From: Planctomycetia bacterium
GTDB taxonomy: Bacteria; Planctomycetota; Planctomycetia; Pirellulales; PNKZ01
Direction: 5' to 3'
DNA: 64,000 nucleotides
NCBI GenBank assembly: GCA_021413845.1
Contig: JAIOPP010000084.1
Location: 69,890 to 133,889, forward strand
Under the pieces are notes generated by a model. It was given only the letters and a program-made list of their open reading frames with translations. It did no database searches and was not told the DNA's origin. Positions 1 to 10,499 of the stretch are shown here, piece after piece. Every line of letters begins with the position of its first letter. Within the stretch, counting starts at the first letter, position 1. A program made the translations under genes and the position numbers.

Positions 1-303
1 GAGATGTACTACGGCATTCCGGAGCCCGATCGGGCCGAAGTGCGACGCATGACGGAAGCGGTGCGGCCGACCGATCCGCTGGTCCGGTTCGAGCATCGCA
101 TGGTCGAAGGAAGTCCGGCCGAAGAGATCGTTCGGGTGGCGGAAGAGGAGCATGTCGACATGATCGTGATCGGCACGCACGGGCGAACCGGTTTGAAGCG
201 CTTGCTGATGGGAAGCACGGCGGAATCGGTGATGCGCCATGCGAAGTGCCCGGTCTTCGTCTTTAAGACCGCCGAACATACAGCGGCGGCAAAAGCCCCC
301 TAG
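1..303 (+). CDS. Universal stress protein (UspA family), C-terminal part; probably truncated by the window edge
   Basis: USP C-terminal ATP-binding motif VIGTHGRTGLKRLLMGSTAESVMRHAKCPVFV. The ORF is open to position 1-4 and is only 99 aa, versus the usual ~140 aa or more. Confidence 0.8.
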   Translation, partial: EMYYGIPEPDRAEVRRMTEAVRPTDPLVRFEHRMVEGSPAEEIVRVAEEEHVDMIVIGTHGRTGLKRLLMGSTAESVMRHAKCPVFVFKTAEHTAAAKAP

Positions 304-349
304 CGAGGCGATAAATCATAGCTAAGGCAATACTAATACACGGCTTCCG

Positions 350-379
350 TTGACCCCTCGCGTTCCGCTTCGCTATAAT
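350..379 (+). promoter_or_regulatory. Sigma70-like promoter upstream of cysK
   Basis: TTGACC (350-355), an 18-nt spacer, then TATAAT (374-379), about 55 nt upstream of the cysK ATG. A GGGAAAGGG purine tract sits just before the ATG at 435. Confidence 0.5.
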
Positions 380-434
380 CCGCGACGTACACGGACGATA
401 CTCTGCGCAATCTTGGTTAAGGGAAAGGGCCCTC

Positions 435-1394
435 ATGGCTACCGCGACGACTTCGGGCATTCGCAACAACATCACTGAATGTGTAGGCAACACGCCACTC
501 GTACAGTTGCACAAAATCGCCGAGGGGAGCGTCGCTACCGTCGTCGCCAAGGTCGAGAACATGAACCCGCTTTGGAGCGTGAAAGATCGAATCGCTCGGG
601 CGATGATCGACGCCGCCGAGCGCGACGGCAAAATCAAGGCCGATACCGTGATTATCGAGCCGACGAGCGGTAACACCGGAATCGGATTGGCGTTCGTTTG
701 TGCGGCTCGGGGTTATCGCTTCATGGCGACGATGCCGGAAAGTATGAGCTTGGAGCGTCGACGGTTGCTCAAGGCCTTGGGTGCCGAGTTGGTGTTGACC
801 CCCGCCGCCGATGGGATGCCTGGCGCCGTGCGGAAGGCCGAAGAGTTGGCTGCCCAAAACCCCAACTACTTCGTGCCGCAACAATTCAAGAACCCTGCGA
901 ATCCGGAAATCCACCGCAAGACCACGGCCGAGGAAATTTGGCGCGATACCGACGGCCAAGTCGACATCTTCATCGCCGGCGTCGGCACGGGAGGCACGAT
1001 CACCGGCGTAGGTGAGATCCTTAAGCAACGTAAGCCGGGCGTGAAGATCATCGCGGTCGAACCGGTGAATAGTCCCGTCATCGCTCAACGCAAGGCAGGG
1101 CAGCCGCTCAAGCCGGGTCGCCACACGATTCAAGGAATCGGTGCCGGTTTCATTCCCGACGTGCTCAACGTCGACGTGATCGACGAAGTTATTCCCGTCG
1201 CCGACGACGACGCGATGGAGACGGCCCGCAATCTCGCGAAGCTGGAAGGGTTAATGTGCGGCATCAGTTGCGGAGCGGCAGCGTGGGCTGCGATCCAAGT
1301 CGGCAAACGTCCGGAGAACAAAGGCAAGCTGATCGTCGTCGTGTTGCCGGACATCGGCGAACGCTACCTCTCGACGAAGCTCTTCCCGGAATAA
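435..1394 (+). CDS. cysK: Cysteine synthase A (O-acetylserine sulfhydrylase)
   Basis: PLP lysine motif [11 protein letters not shown]; [12 protein letters not shown]; [10 protein letters not shown]; typical length of 319 aa. Confidence 0.95.
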   Translation: MATATTSGIRNNITECVGNTPLVQLHKIAEGSVATVVAKVENMNPLWSVKDRIARAMIDAAERDGKIKADTVIIEPTSGNTGIGLAFVCAARGYRFMATMPESMSLERRRLLKALGAELVLTPAADGMPGAVRKAEELAAQNPNYFVPQQFKNPANPEIHRKTTAEEIWRDTDGQVDIFIAGVGTGGTITGVGEILKQRKPGVKIIAVEPVNSPVIAQRKAGQPLKPGRHTIQGIGAGFIPDVLNVDVIDEVIPVADDDAMETARNLAKLEGLMCGISCGAAAWAAIQVGKRPENKGKLIVVVLPDIGERYLSTKLFPE

Positions 1395-1434
1395 TGGGGA
1401 AAAGTTAGAAGTCAGAAACTAGAAACCAGAAAAA

Positions 1435-1475
1435 GCGGCGGCTCGGAATTATCCGAGCCGCCGCTTTTTGTTTTG
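1435..1475. terminator. Bidirectional intrinsic terminator between convergent cysK and infC
   Basis: Perfect 13-bp stem GCGGCGGCTCGGA (1435-1447) / TCCGAGCCGCCGC (1452-1464) with a 4-nt loop. It is followed by TTTTTGTTTTG and preceded by AAAAA. Confidence 0.7.
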
Positions 1476-1547
1476 TCGTCGCGATGGAACCGGTACGCAG
1501 AACCGGCCGGTTTACACCGGCCGCTCGCCTCAGAGAAGTCTACGTTC

Positions 1548-1575
1548 ACTGACCCCTGACCACCGACCCCTGACC
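1548..1575. repeat. Heptamer microsatellite (ACTGACC/CCTGACC/ACCGACC/CCTGACC), reverse complement of the GGTCAGN family
   Basis: Four tandem 7-mers directly 3' of the infC stop (1584-1586). The reverse complement shares an exact 20-mer, GGTCAGGGGTCGGTGGTCAG, with 42779-42798. Confidence 0.75.
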
Positions 1576-1583
1576 ACTTCCTT

Positions 1584-2099
1584 CTACTTCGGCGTCAGCA
1601 TGCAGGTGATGCGCTTTCCCATCGTGCTCGGGTTGCCTTCGAGCTTGCTGATGTCTTCGAGCGACTTGATCATCTTCTCGACGACCTTGCGGCCTTCGTC
1701 CATGTGCGCCGCTTCGCGCCCTTTGAACACGACCGAGACGACGACTTTGTTTTTGGCCTCGAGGAATTCGCGCGCGTGATTCACCTTCACGAGGAAGTCG
1801 TGCGCGTCGGTCTTCGGGCGAAGTCGAATCTCTTTGATCTTCGCTTGATGCGTGTGGTTCTTATGGAGTCGTTTGTTTTGTTGGTATTTAAATTTACCGA
1901 AATCCATGATTCGGCAAACCGGCGGCTTCTCGGTCGGGGCCACCTCGACCAAATCCATTCCCGCGTCTCGGGCCAAGGCTATCGCTTGTTCGGCCGTCAT
2001 TACTCCTAGTTGAGCGCCATCCCCGCCGATGACTCGCACCGATGGGACGCGGATTTGTTCGTTCACTCGTTGAGACTTTTCGATCGCTGCGTCCTCCAC
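1584..2099 (-). CDS. infC: Translation initiation factor IF-3
   Basis: NEQIRVPSVRVIGGDGAQLGVM plus the C-terminal IF3 domain (VVSVVFKGRE...). Lies downstream of thrS as in many bacteria. The start is uncertain: GTG at 2099 or an SD-positioned ATC at 2084. Confidence 0.9.
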   Translation of the reverse strand: MEDAAIEKSQRVNEQIRVPSVRVIGGDGAQLGVMTAEQAIALARDAGMDLVEVAPTEKPPVCRIMDFGKFKYQQNKRLHKNHTHQAKIKEIRLRPKTDAHDFLVKVNHAREFLEAKNKVVVSVVFKGREAAHMDEGRKVVEKMIKSLEDISKLEGNPSTMGKRITCMLTPK

Positions 2100-2213
2100 A
2101 CAGACAAAGAAATGGTTCAGCGGTCCGAAGCCTTGGGTATCGACTTAGGAGTCCGCACGGAAAGCTCTTCGCTAACTCTCGTTCGCAACCACAAGCTCAT
2201 TCCTACAAACGCA

Positions 2214-2243
2214 AATATCGTTCGTAAAATCAGCGCCTGTCAA
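2214..2243 (-). promoter_or_regulatory. Candidate infC promoter in the thrS-infC spacer
   Basis: On the minus strand, TTGACA (2243-2238), an 18-nt spacer, then GATATT (2219-2214). The 199-bp spacer looks less GC-rich than its surroundings. Confidence 0.3.
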
Positions 2244-2298
2244 CTCTTTTCAAATGAATTACCGGTAACTCGCCATAATTCTTCGGGCAAATCGTCTC

Positions 2299-4356
2299 TT
2301 AATACTCATTCGCTTCCGCCACGCTTGCCGTCGCGGCGGGGGCCGCGCTCATCTTGACCTTTTGACGGATGCGCTTCGTGCGGATCTCTTCTTGCAACTT
2401 CTCGATCGCCGCGGCGATCGGCAGCGCTCCGACATCCCCATCGATTCGGTCGCGAATCGAGACGGTTCCTTCTTCCATTTCTCGCCCGCCGACGACGAGC
2501 ATGTACGGCACGAGGCGAATCTGAGCGTCGCGCACCTTCGAGCCGATCTTCTCGGCTCGGAAGTCGCCGGTCACGCGAATGCCTGCCTCGCGTAGTTGCT
2601 TTTCGACCTGTCGGCCGTACTCGCTGAACTTCTCGCTGACTGTGAGAATCCGCACCTGTTCCGGCGCGAGCCAAAGCGGGAACGCTCCGGCGTAATGTTC
2701 GATCAGTACGCCGATGAAGCGCTCCATCGAGCCGAGCGGAGCACGATGGATCATGATCGGGCGGTGGGTTTGATTGTCGGAGCCGACGTATTCGAGGCCG
2801 AACCGCTGTTCGCTCGGCAAGTTGTAGTCGAGCTGCACGGTGCCGAGTTGCCAGTCGCGGCCGATGCAGTCGGCGACGATGAAATCGGCTTTCGGTCCGT
2901 AGAACGCGGCTTCGCCCCGGGCGATGCTCATCTGCGGCAAGTCCATGCTGCGGCAGACTTCTTCTAGTTCGCGTTCCGCGCGGTCCCACACTTCCGCCTT
3001 GCCGACGTATTTGTCGCTCGTCGGGTCGCGGAAGCTGAGTCGCACGCGATAGTCGTCGAGGCCGAGAGTTTTCAAGATAAACTGAGTCATCTCGATGCAA
3101 CCGCGGAACTCGTCGGCCACTTGATCTTCCGTGCAGAACAGATGCGCGTCGTCTTGGCAAAAGCCGCGCACGCGGGTCATGCCGTTCAATTCTCCCGACT
3201 GCTCGAAGCGATAGACGGTGCCGAACTCCGCAAGCCGCACGGGCAAGTCGCGGTAACTGCGCGGTCGGCTCTTGTAGATCATGATGTGATGCGGACAGTT
3301 CATCGGTTTCAGCAGGTATTCATCTTCTTCGACATGCTTGCCGGCTTTGGCGTCGGCGATCGAATTCGGATGATCCTTCATCTTAATCGTCGGGAACTGC
3401 GCGTCGGCATAGTATGGGTAGTGGCCGCTGATCTTATAGAGATCGACCTTGCCGATGTTCGGAGTGTAAACCGGATCGTAGCCCCGCTTTTGCAGTTCGG
3501 CTTTGACGAAGGTTTCGAGTTCGCCCCGGATCGTCGCCCCGCGCGGATGCCAAAGAATCAGCCCGCCACCGACGAGCGGGTTGATGCTGAACAAATCCAA
3601 CTGCTTGCCGAGTACCCGATGGTCGCGCTTCTTCGCTTCTTCCATCTTCTGCAAGTAGGCGTCGAGGTCTTCCTTGGAGAACCAAGCGGTGCCGTAAAGT
3701 CGTTGAAGCTGCTTGGAGTTGGCGTCCCCTTTCCAATAAGCCCCCGCGACCGACATGAGCTTAAATGCTCCGATCGCGCCTGGGCTCGGAATATGCGGGC
3801 CGCGACAAAGGTCGATGAACTCCCCTTGCCGGTAGAACGACAACGTCGGGTGATCGGCCAAGCCGGTCGAGATATGTTCGATCTTGAACTCTTGACCCAG
3901 ATCGGTGACGACGCCGAGCGCTCGCTCGCGCGGCTCGACGATGCGCTCGAACCCTTCATCGGCCTTGATGATCCTCGCCATCTCGGCTTCGATCTTCGGG
4001 AAGTCTTCTTCGCTCAGCTTGTGCGGCATCGCGAAGTCGTAGTAGAAGCCGTCGCCGGTGGTCGGGCCGAAGGCGAGTTGCACGCCGTCGAAGAGTCGCA
4101 TCACGGCGCGAGCCATGATGTGTGCGCACGAGTGCCGCATTACGGCCAGTGCTTCGGCGTCTTTCTTAGTGAGCAGCCGTAAGGAAACTTCGCCCGTATT
4201 CGGAAGCTCGGTGTCGACACCGACGACTTTGCCGTCGACGACGCCGGCGAGCGTGGCTTTGGCGAGGCGGGGCCCGATGTCGTTGGCGACATCCAGCACA
4301 CGGGTCGGCTTGGAATAGTCTTTTACGCTGCCGTCGGGAAGTTTGACTTGAAGCAT
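2299..4356 (-). CDS. thrS: Threonine--tRNA ligase
   Basis: TGS N-terminus [11 protein letters not shown]; editing-domain HSCAHIMA; class II core FRDPT.., [13 protein letters not shown]; C-terminal anticodon-binding domain. Start trimmed to the ATG at 4354-4356, preceded by AAGGAA. Confidence 0.95.
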   Translation of the reverse strand: MLQVKLPDGSVKDYSKPTRVLDVANDIGPRLAKATLAGVVDGKVVGVDTELPNTGEVSLRLLTKKDAEALAVMRHSCAHIMARAVMRLFDGVQLAFGPTTGDGFYYDFAMPHKLSEEDFPKIEAEMARIIKADEGFERIVEPRERALGVVTDLGQEFKIEHISTGLADHPTLSFYRQGEFIDLCRGPHIPSPGAIGAFKLMSVAGAYWKGDANSKQLQRLYGTAWFSKEDLDAYLQKMEEAKKRDHRVLGKQLDLFSINPLVGGGLILWHPRGATIRGELETFVKAELQKRGYDPVYTPNIGKVDLYKISGHYPYYADAQFPTIKMKDHPNSIADAKAGKHVEEDEYLLKPMNCPHHIMIYKSRPRSYRDLPVRLAEFGTVYRFEQSGELNGMTRVRGFCQDDAHLFCTEDQVADEFRGCIEMTQFILKTLGLDDYRVRLSFRDPTSDKYVGKAEVWDRAERELEEVCRSMDLPQMSIARGEAAFYGPKADFIVADCIGRDWQLGTVQLDYNLPSEQRFGLEYVGSDNQTHRPIMIHRAPLGSMERFIGVLIEHYAGAFPLWLAPEQVRILTVSEKFSEYGRQVEKQLREAGIRVTGDFRAEKIGSKVRDAQIRLVPYMLVVGGREMEEGTVSIRDRIDGDVGALPIAAAIEKLQEEIRTKRIRQKVKMSAAPAATASVAEANEY

Positions 4357-4668
4357 CGGTTCCTTGGTTGCGGTAGAGCCCGTCGAGCGCGACATCGCGG
4401 AGGCGCGTCGATACCAAGGACGCGATCCCCAAGTCCGCGAGGGGGCTCGACCGACGTAAAATATAATGAGTAACCGGTTTCCGGCAAGATCGGTCGCTCT
4501 TACGGTCAACGACGGCGCACCTGCGTCGGTGGTTCGCCTAAACGTCGTATTTGGTCTTCGGAGCGGGAAATTCCTGGGCTTTTCATGCTCTATCGCGGTA
4601 CGTTTGTTTTCGTGGTTCGGGTCGGTTCGCGTTTCGCTTCGCCGTGGCCGCCGACTACAATCATTCCC

Positions 4669-6060
4669 ATGGCAATCACACTGGAACAGTTCGGCAAAAG
4701 CATTATCTCGACCGGTCTCCTGACCAACGAGGAACTCCGCGCGTGGTGGACGTCGCTAGCAGCCGATCGCAAGCCGCGCGACGCCGAGTCGTTCGCTGCT
4801 TGCATCGTTCAAGACGGCAAGCTGACCTCCTATCAGTCCCAGGTATTGCTCCAAGGGAAGGGGGCCTCGCTGTCGTTCGGCAATTATTTGCTGCTGGCGC
4901 AGATCGGCGTAGGGGCTTCGGGGGCCGTCTTCAAGGGGAAGCATAAATCGTCGGGCCGGCTCGTCGCGATTAAAGTCCTCTCGAGTGCGATCGCGCAAGA
5001 TGACGTAGCCGTCCGTCGTTTTCAGCGAGAGATCGAAGCCGCCGGACGTCTGGCGCATCCGAACATCGTGCAATCGTTCGACGCCGGGCAGTTGAACGGA
5101 CAGCACTATCTCGTGATGGAATACGTCGACGGCGCCGACCTCACGACGCTCGTCAAAGACAACGGCGTCTTCTCGATCGACATGGCGATCCGCACGATTT
5201 CGCAAGCGGCTGCCGGCCTTCAATACGCCCACGAACAGGGAGTGATCCACCGCGACATCAAGCCCCGCAATCTCTTGCAAGATAAGCAAGGAGGCGTGCG
5301 GCTGCTCGATCTCGGTCTGGTTCGCTTCAGCGACGGTGGCAGCAGCATCACCGCAACGCAGGCGGTAATGGGGACCATCGACTACATGAGTCCCGAGCAA
5401 GCGGTCGATCCGAAGCGGGCCGATGTCCGAAGCGATATCTACAGCCTCGGCTGCACGCTCTGGTTCTTGCTCGTTGGCAGGAAGCTCTACGACGCAAAAG
5501 GGGTCGTCGATCGGATCATGATGCACCGGAGCTCACCGATCCCGCTGCTGATGAAAGAACGCGAGGCGCCGAAGGCTTTGCAAGCTGTCTTCGAAAAGAT
5601 GGTGGCGAAGCGGCCCGACGATCGTTATCAAACGATGTCGGAAGTTATCGTTGCGCTGGCCGCGGTTGCGAAGGAGATCGCCGGACCAAGTGGCGACGAT
5701 TCCGAACAAGAAGAGCCGGTCGAAATGCTCGCCGAAGTCGAAATGTTGAGCGAGCAATCCATCATGAACTTGCCCAGAATTCAACTACAAACGGCCGCCT
5801 ACTCCGAGCCGGGACCAAGTAAGCCGTTCTTGTTCGATCAAGGAGCCAAGGCGGTGTCGCAAGGCACTGCGAAATCGCCGTCGATTCAGCCTACGCCCGC
5901 GAAGGGGAAAGCGGCATCGCCGAAAGCTTTTGCCGACTCCGCCGAACCCGGCAATACGCTCGCTTCACGTTTCCCGGTCGAAAAGCGGACGCTTTACATC
6001 GCCGGAGCGGTTGTCGGCGTCGTGCTCTTGGCCGTGGTCGTGTGGCTAGTCATCGGCTAG
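4669..6060 (+). CDS. Ser/Thr protein kinase, C-terminally membrane anchored
   Basis: Hanks kinase motifs [34 protein letters not shown]. Single C-terminal [21 protein letters not shown]. Start trimmed to the ATG at 4669 (MAITLEQF). Confidence 0.9.
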   Translation: MAITLEQFGKSIISTGLLTNEELRAWWTSLAADRKPRDAESFAACIVQDGKLTSYQSQVLLQGKGASLSFGNYLLLAQIGVGASGAVFKGKHKSSGRLVAIKVLSSAIAQDDVAVRRFQREIEAAGRLAHPNIVQSFDAGQLNGQHYLVMEYVDGADLTTLVKDNGVFSIDMAIRTISQAAAGLQYAHEQGVIHRDIKPRNLLQDKQGGVRLLDLGLVRFSDGGSSITATQAVMGTIDYMSPEQAVDPKRADVRSDIYSLGCTLWFLLVGRKLYDAKGVVDRIMMHRSSPIPLLMKEREAPKALQAVFEKMVAKRPDDRYQTMSEVIVALAAVAKEIAGPSGDDSEQEEPVEMLAEVEMLSEQSIMNLPRIQLQTAAYSEPGPSKPFLFDQGAKAVSQGTAKSPSIQPTPAKGKAASPKAFADSAEPGNTLASRFPVEKRTLYIAGAVVGVVLLAVVVWLVIG

Positions 6061-6168
6061 AGATGGAATGTGCCGGTGTTTTTGGCGCACGATATGCATT
6101 TCATTCCGGTCATCGTTCGTTTCGCTGTCAATTCGGCAGCGGGTCGGACGGCGTAAAGGAGTGAGCTG

Positions 6169-6693
6169 GTGGCTATGAATTTCGCCCGTGATGATTCGGA
6201 GTTCGGACGCATTCCCCCGCGCCATGCGCATTCTTACCAAGCCGACAGTCGGCTTCGTTGGGTGGAGCACTTAGCGCGGCTGATGGATAGCCAATTTCAG
6301 ATTCCGGGCACGAACTTCAAGTTCGGCCTTGATCCGCTGATGAATTTGGTGCCGGTCATCGGCGGCATCCCCTCGGTGCTCGTATCGGCCTTGCTCATCT
6401 CGACGATGATGCGGCATGGCGCGAGCGGCGAAGTTGCCGTGCGGATGGTTGCCAACGTGGCGATCGATGCCATTCTCGGCGCGGTTCCCATTCTCGGCAC
6501 TATCTTCGACTTCACGTTTCGGGCCAACGATCGCAACGTGCGACTGTTGCGCGAACACTACAACGAGGGGCGTTACCAAGGGAGCGGCCGGGGTCTTGTT
6601 ACCGTGCTCCTCTTGGGGCTCATCGCCCTCTGCGGCGCGATTGCCTGGGGCGTATGGATGCTGCTTGCCGGATTATGGCATCTGATTTCGTGA
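6169..6693 (+). CDS. DUF4112-family membrane protein
   Basis: FKFGLDPLMNLVPVIGGIPS and AIDAILGAVPILGTIFDFTFRANDRN motifs. GTG at 6169 sits 7 nt after AAGGAG. Confidence 0.75.
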   Translation: MAMNFARDDSEFGRIPPRHAHSYQADSRLRWVEHLARLMDSQFQIPGTNFKFGLDPLMNLVPVIGGIPSVLVSALLISTMMRHGASGEVAVRMVANVAIDAILGAVPILGTIFDFTFRANDRNVRLLREHYNEGRYQGSGRGLVTVLLLGLIALCGAIAWGVWMLLAGLWHLIS

Positions 6694-6713
6694 GGCGTAG
6701 CTTCGGTTGAAGG

Positions 6714-7100
6714 CTACTTGGAAACGCGCTCGATGAAGCCCTTGGCCGTGTACGACACGGTTCGTGTGGCGTTATCGATTTGCGGATGGTCGTCGATGAA
6801 GAGATGGCACTCTTCCCCTTCGCTGAGCATTGCGGCCAGCGCCGTCTTGAGACGACGAACCTGTTCCTCGAACGTCTCCGCTTCCACGTCGAGGGACGAC
6901 GTAAAAACAACCGAGATCAGCCGGCCGGTATCGTCGATCGGCAGCACATGAATCCCGTCTCCGCCGTGCCAATTGTGGTGTGCAGCCCGTTTGTGGTAGC
7001 CGTGGTATCGATCGCGTAGCGGCTCCGCCTTGCCGTGATCGATGTTGAAGGCTTCGTCGATGCGGTGTTGAACGAAAGTTGCGTCGGTGAGAAACGGCAT
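6714..7100 (-). CDS. Hypothetical protein (His-rich, 128 aa)
   Basis: ATG at 7098-7100 preceded by AAGGAT. No family recognised. Coding is called on ORF length and position only. Confidence 0.4.
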   Translation of the reverse strand: MPFLTDATFVQHRIDEAFNIDHGKAEPLRDRYHGYHKRAAHHNWHGGDGIHVLPIDDTGRLISVVFTSSLDVEAETFEEQVRRLKTALAAMLSEGEECHLFIDDHPQIDNATRTVSYTAKGFIERVSK

Positions 7101-7339
7101 GGGAATATCCTTAAGGCGTAGTTGTGCGACAAGTGGTTGTGCGACGAACGAGGACGAGTTCGTGCGGTCGAAGTGCAGGGAGCCGCTCTCAATATAACGT
7201 ACGCCAAGCCCGCCGGCACGGTTCGCCTGCGCCTCTTGGCGACGAATCCACGGTACAAGGAGCACCGTTTGGTCGTTCTTTGTTCAATCGGCGCTGGAAC
7301 TATCCATGGCGTCGTTCGATTTCAAAGTGCGGCCGCTGT

Positions 7340-9010
7340 TTAGCGTCGCCAGGTCGCGAAATTGCCGTTGTCGGCCGGGGCGAACATCGGGCGGAACTGC
7401 GAGCGCTGCGCCGTGAAGGCCGTTCCGGGATAGAACAAGAAGCCGAACGAGAGATTCCATATCTCTTCCTTGCGCCCCATGTCTCCACCCGAACCGGGAA
7501 GCACATACTCGAACGCGCCGGTTACGGCCATATAGCAAGTCACGGCGACTTGGACGTTGGTGCCGTAAGTGATGTCGCTCGGCGATTCCGCGAGGCCCGC
7601 GAAAATGTTCGACGTTGCGAAGTCGCTCCAGTAGTGCTTCCAGTAAAGATTGCCTTGCGTGAGCGATTGGAAGCGGTTGTAGGAGACAGGTGTGCCGATG
7701 AAGCTCGACTCGCGCCGCTGCGGCAACGAGCCCCAAAGCCCGACTTCGTTGCAGGGATTGACTTGCCACGACGCGGCTACGCGAAATTGGCTGAAGTGGA
7801 AGTCGTCGTAATAGTTGTCGATGAGCCAATCGTGTGCCAGGCCGAAGCCGAGGCCCGTCGAGAGCGACCGCTGAAACAGTGCGACGGTGTTGAAGTTTTG
7901 GAACCGCATTTGATCGCCGGTGAATTGCGTTCCGCGCCAATCGTTCCAAGCGGCGGTCGAGCCGACTTGTCCGCCGAAGCCCCAATCGCGCATGATCGGG
8001 AAGGAGAAGCTCGCTCCGATGCGTTTGCCTAAGTTGGCGTTCAATCCATCCAAATCGAGTGGGGTCTTGAACGTGTCTAAGGTGCTGATGATCGAAAAGT
8101 TCGTGTACCACGGCTCGGTCGGAGCGCAAGGACAGGGGACGCCGGGATTGCAGGCTTCGCCCGGATAACTCGGACCACCCACGCTCGGATCTACGGACGC
8201 ATGGCTCGGCGGAGGAGGGACGGCACCATAGTTGGAGTTTTTCGGATTGTTGTCGTAGGCGGTGGCGGGCTGCGGAGCCCAGCTGCGCGGCAGCCAAGCC
8301 GTGTACGACGGCGGAGCGCTCCCCTTCGCATAAGGTGAGATCTCTTTTTGAGTGAGGCGTCCGACCTGCATGTCGGGCTGCTGTCCGTAGATCGGACCCG
8401 TGGTCGGCCCACTGCTGAGCGAATTGTTCGGCGAATAGTGCGGAATCGCCGGCGGCGTAGAGAAGTCCGGCGTCGGCGGAACATAGTTGCCGCTGACATA
8501 GTTCCCCGTGTTGTAGTTGCCGTTGTAGCTGCCTGGACCGTAGCTATTCGGTCCACTCTGCGGCCCGTTTGGCGAGCCGTTAGGAGACACGTTCGGCGAT
8601 AAGATCGTCGGGGCCGTTGTCGCGACCGGTGGTGCCGCAACGACGGGAACCGGAGGGGGGACGATAGGCGTCGCAATCGGCGTTGTGATCGGGGCCGTCA
8701 TGGGCGTGCCGTACGACACCGCCGGTGCACTGGTTGGCGATGCCGGGCCTGAATCGCCGTGCGACGAACTGTAAACGGGCGGCGACACGTAGGTCGGCGT
8801 GGTGCCCGTTCCGCTGCCGTTTACAGCGCTGTAGGGAACGATCTGCGGCGGGGCGCTGCTCGGGCTCACAGGGAATTGAGGCCCTGCGGCGATGGTGCCC
8901 GGTATCCGACCGCCGCCGTTAGGGTAGCCGGCCATCTGTGCGGATGTCGTTCCGGTCGAGGCCGAAATCGCGATGAGTCCGAGAGCAGTAATAAACGGGC
9001 GCGTTGCCAT
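7340..9010 (-). CDS. Secreted protein with a Pro/Asn/Gly/Tyr-rich low-complexity region and a C-terminal putative outer-membrane beta-barrel-like domain
   Basis: Signal peptide MATRPFITALGLIAISASTGTTSAQ. About 300 aa of P/S/G/N/Y repeats (GNYNTGNYVSGNYVPP). The C-terminal half shows alternating aromatic/hydrophilic patterns. GGGGAG SD before the ATG at 9010. Confidence 0.6.
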   Translation of the reverse strand: MATRPFITALGLIAISASTGTTSAQMAGYPNGGGRIPGTIAAGPQFPVSPSSAPPQIVPYSAVNGSGTGTTPTYVSPPVYSSSHGDSGPASPTSAPAVSYGTPMTAPITTPIATPIVPPPVPVVAAPPVATTAPTILSPNVSPNGSPNGPQSGPNSYGPGSYNGNYNTGNYVSGNYVPPTPDFSTPPAIPHYSPNNSLSSGPTTGPIYGQQPDMQVGRLTQKEISPYAKGSAPPSYTAWLPRSWAPQPATAYDNNPKNSNYGAVPPPPSHASVDPSVGGPSYPGEACNPGVPCPCAPTEPWYTNFSIISTLDTFKTPLDLDGLNANLGKRIGASFSFPIMRDWGFGGQVGSTAAWNDWRGTQFTGDQMRFQNFNTVALFQRSLSTGLGFGLAHDWLIDNYYDDFHFSQFRVAASWQVNPCNEVGLWGSLPQRRESSFIGTPVSYNRFQSLTQGNLYWKHYWSDFATSNIFAGLAESPSDITYGTNVQVAVTCYMAVTGAFEYVLPGSGGDMGRKEEIWNLSFGFLFYPGTAFTAQRSQFRPMFAPADNGNFATWRR

Positions 9011-9227
9011 GATCCGGCTCCCCTTGAGAAGCGGCTCGCGGTACGTTCGACCGCGAAACGCCGACTCTCTAGAAATCGGATCGGAGCCGTTAGACCCGGC
9101 ACTTCAGTTGCAACCGATGCCGGCGCTACGACCGACAAAACCGGCAAACCTATCCTGGCCCGCAAAACTTGCCGAAATGCAAGAGTGCCGCGATGAAAAT
9201 CGAGTAGCGGCGAATACTGCGTTGAGT

Positions 9228-10499
9228 TTAACGCCCCGGCCAGTCGATTACCGGCAGCTTCGTCTCGGCCTCGATCGCTAGCAGCCGGTTATATTTTGCG
9301 AGCCGCTCGCTTTGCGTGATCGAGCCGACCTTGATCTGATCGGCCCCCCAGCCGACCGCCAAGTCGGCCAGCCAGTCATCTTCCGTTTCTCCGCTTCGCG
9401 CGCTGACGGTCACACGCCAATTCGCCGCACGGGCGATTCGGAGCGCCTCGGCAGCTTCGCTGAGCGTACCGATCTGATTCACCTTCAAGAGCAGGGCATC
9501 TGCCGAGCCGGTTTCGATGGCGCGGCGAATCCGTTCGGGATTCGTGCAGAGGAAATCATCGCCGAGCGTGAGTGCCCGTCCGGTAAGTGCGCGCCGGAGC
9601 TCGGGCCAGTGGTCCCAGTCGTCTTCGGCGAGAGCATCTTCGAGGCTGACGATCGGGTACTTATCCAACCAACCGGCGACGAGGCCGATCATTTCGCTCG
9701 ACGACAGGCTACGATCGTCGAACCGGTATCGGCCGGCTTCGTAGAAGTGGCTCGAGGCCACGTCGACGGCGATTGCGACATCGCTGTTCGGTGCGAAGCC
9801 TGCGCGATGGATGGCATCGACGGCGTCGACGAGCATCGCTTCGGTCGCAGGAAACGGCGGCGCAAGTCCCCCTTCGTCCGCCTTGAGTGCGCGAGCGCCG
9901 TACTTTTCGTGAGTGAGCTTCGCAGCTGCTTGATACACGGCATACACGACCGCCAACCCTTCGTCGATCGTCGGTGCTGTGGCCGGCACGACGAGTACGT
10001 CTTGAATACACACCTGCCCGCCGGCATGTTTGCCGCCGCTGAAGAGATTGATCGTCATTCGGGGCAACGTGCGCGGCTCGCTGCCGATCGCCTGGGCGAA
10101 GTAGCGGTAAAGCGGCAAGTGTTGCGCAGCGGCTTGAGCCCGCGCGAAGGCCATGGAGACCGCCAAAACGGCATTTGCCCCCAGGTTCGACTTGTTCGGA
10201 GTACCGTCGAGCGCTAGCAGTTCGTCGTCGAGTTGGCGTTGCGTCTCGAACGATCGACCTGCGAGTCGGTCATGGATCGGGCCGCAGACGTTCGCGACCG
10301 CTTTACGGCAGCCGAGACCACCGTAGCGCTGCTGGTCGCCGTCGCGCAGTTCGAGCATCTCCGCTTTTCCGGTCGATGCTCCGCTCGGTATCGAAGCGGC
10401 GCCGGTAGCGCCGTCGGCGAACGTGCAGGAGGCCCACACCGTCGGTCGGCCTCGGCTATCGAGAATCTCGCGGGCCGCGATTTGCCGGATCTTCGCCAT
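9228..10499 (-). CDS. eno: Enolase-family protein (phosphopyruvate hydratase-like, divergent)
   Basis: REILDSRGRPTV, SGASTGKAEMLELRDGD, ADEGGLAP, SLEDALAEDDW, LGDDFLCTN, LLLKVNQIGTLSEA, SARSGETED, QIKVGS. Confidence 0.9.
   Translation of the reverse strand: MAKIRQIAAREILDSRGRPTVWASCTFADGATGAASIPSGASTGKAEMLELRDGDQQRYGGLGCRKAVANVCGPIHDRLAGRSFETQRQLDDELLALDGTPNKSNLGANAVLAVSMAFARAQAAAQHLPLYRYFAQAIGSEPRTLPRMTINLFSGGKHAGGQVCIQDVLVVPATAPTIDEGLAVVYAVYQAAAKLTHEKYGARALKADEGGLAPPFPATEAMLVDAVDAIHRAGFAPNSDVAIAVDVASSHFYEAGRYRFDDRSLSSSEMIGLVAGWLDKYPIVSLEDALAEDDWDHWPELRRALTGRALTLGDDFLCTNPERIRRAIETGSADALLLKVNQIGTLSEAAEALRIARAANWRVTVSARSGETEDDWLADLAVGWGADQIKVGSITQSERLAKYNRLLAIEAETKLPVIDWPGR

Noticed and set aside
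4357-4668. T-box or operator-like leader upstream of thrS.
   Set aside because: There is no specifier or T-box-like conserved sequence. The region is a divergent promoter spacer shared with the kinase gene.
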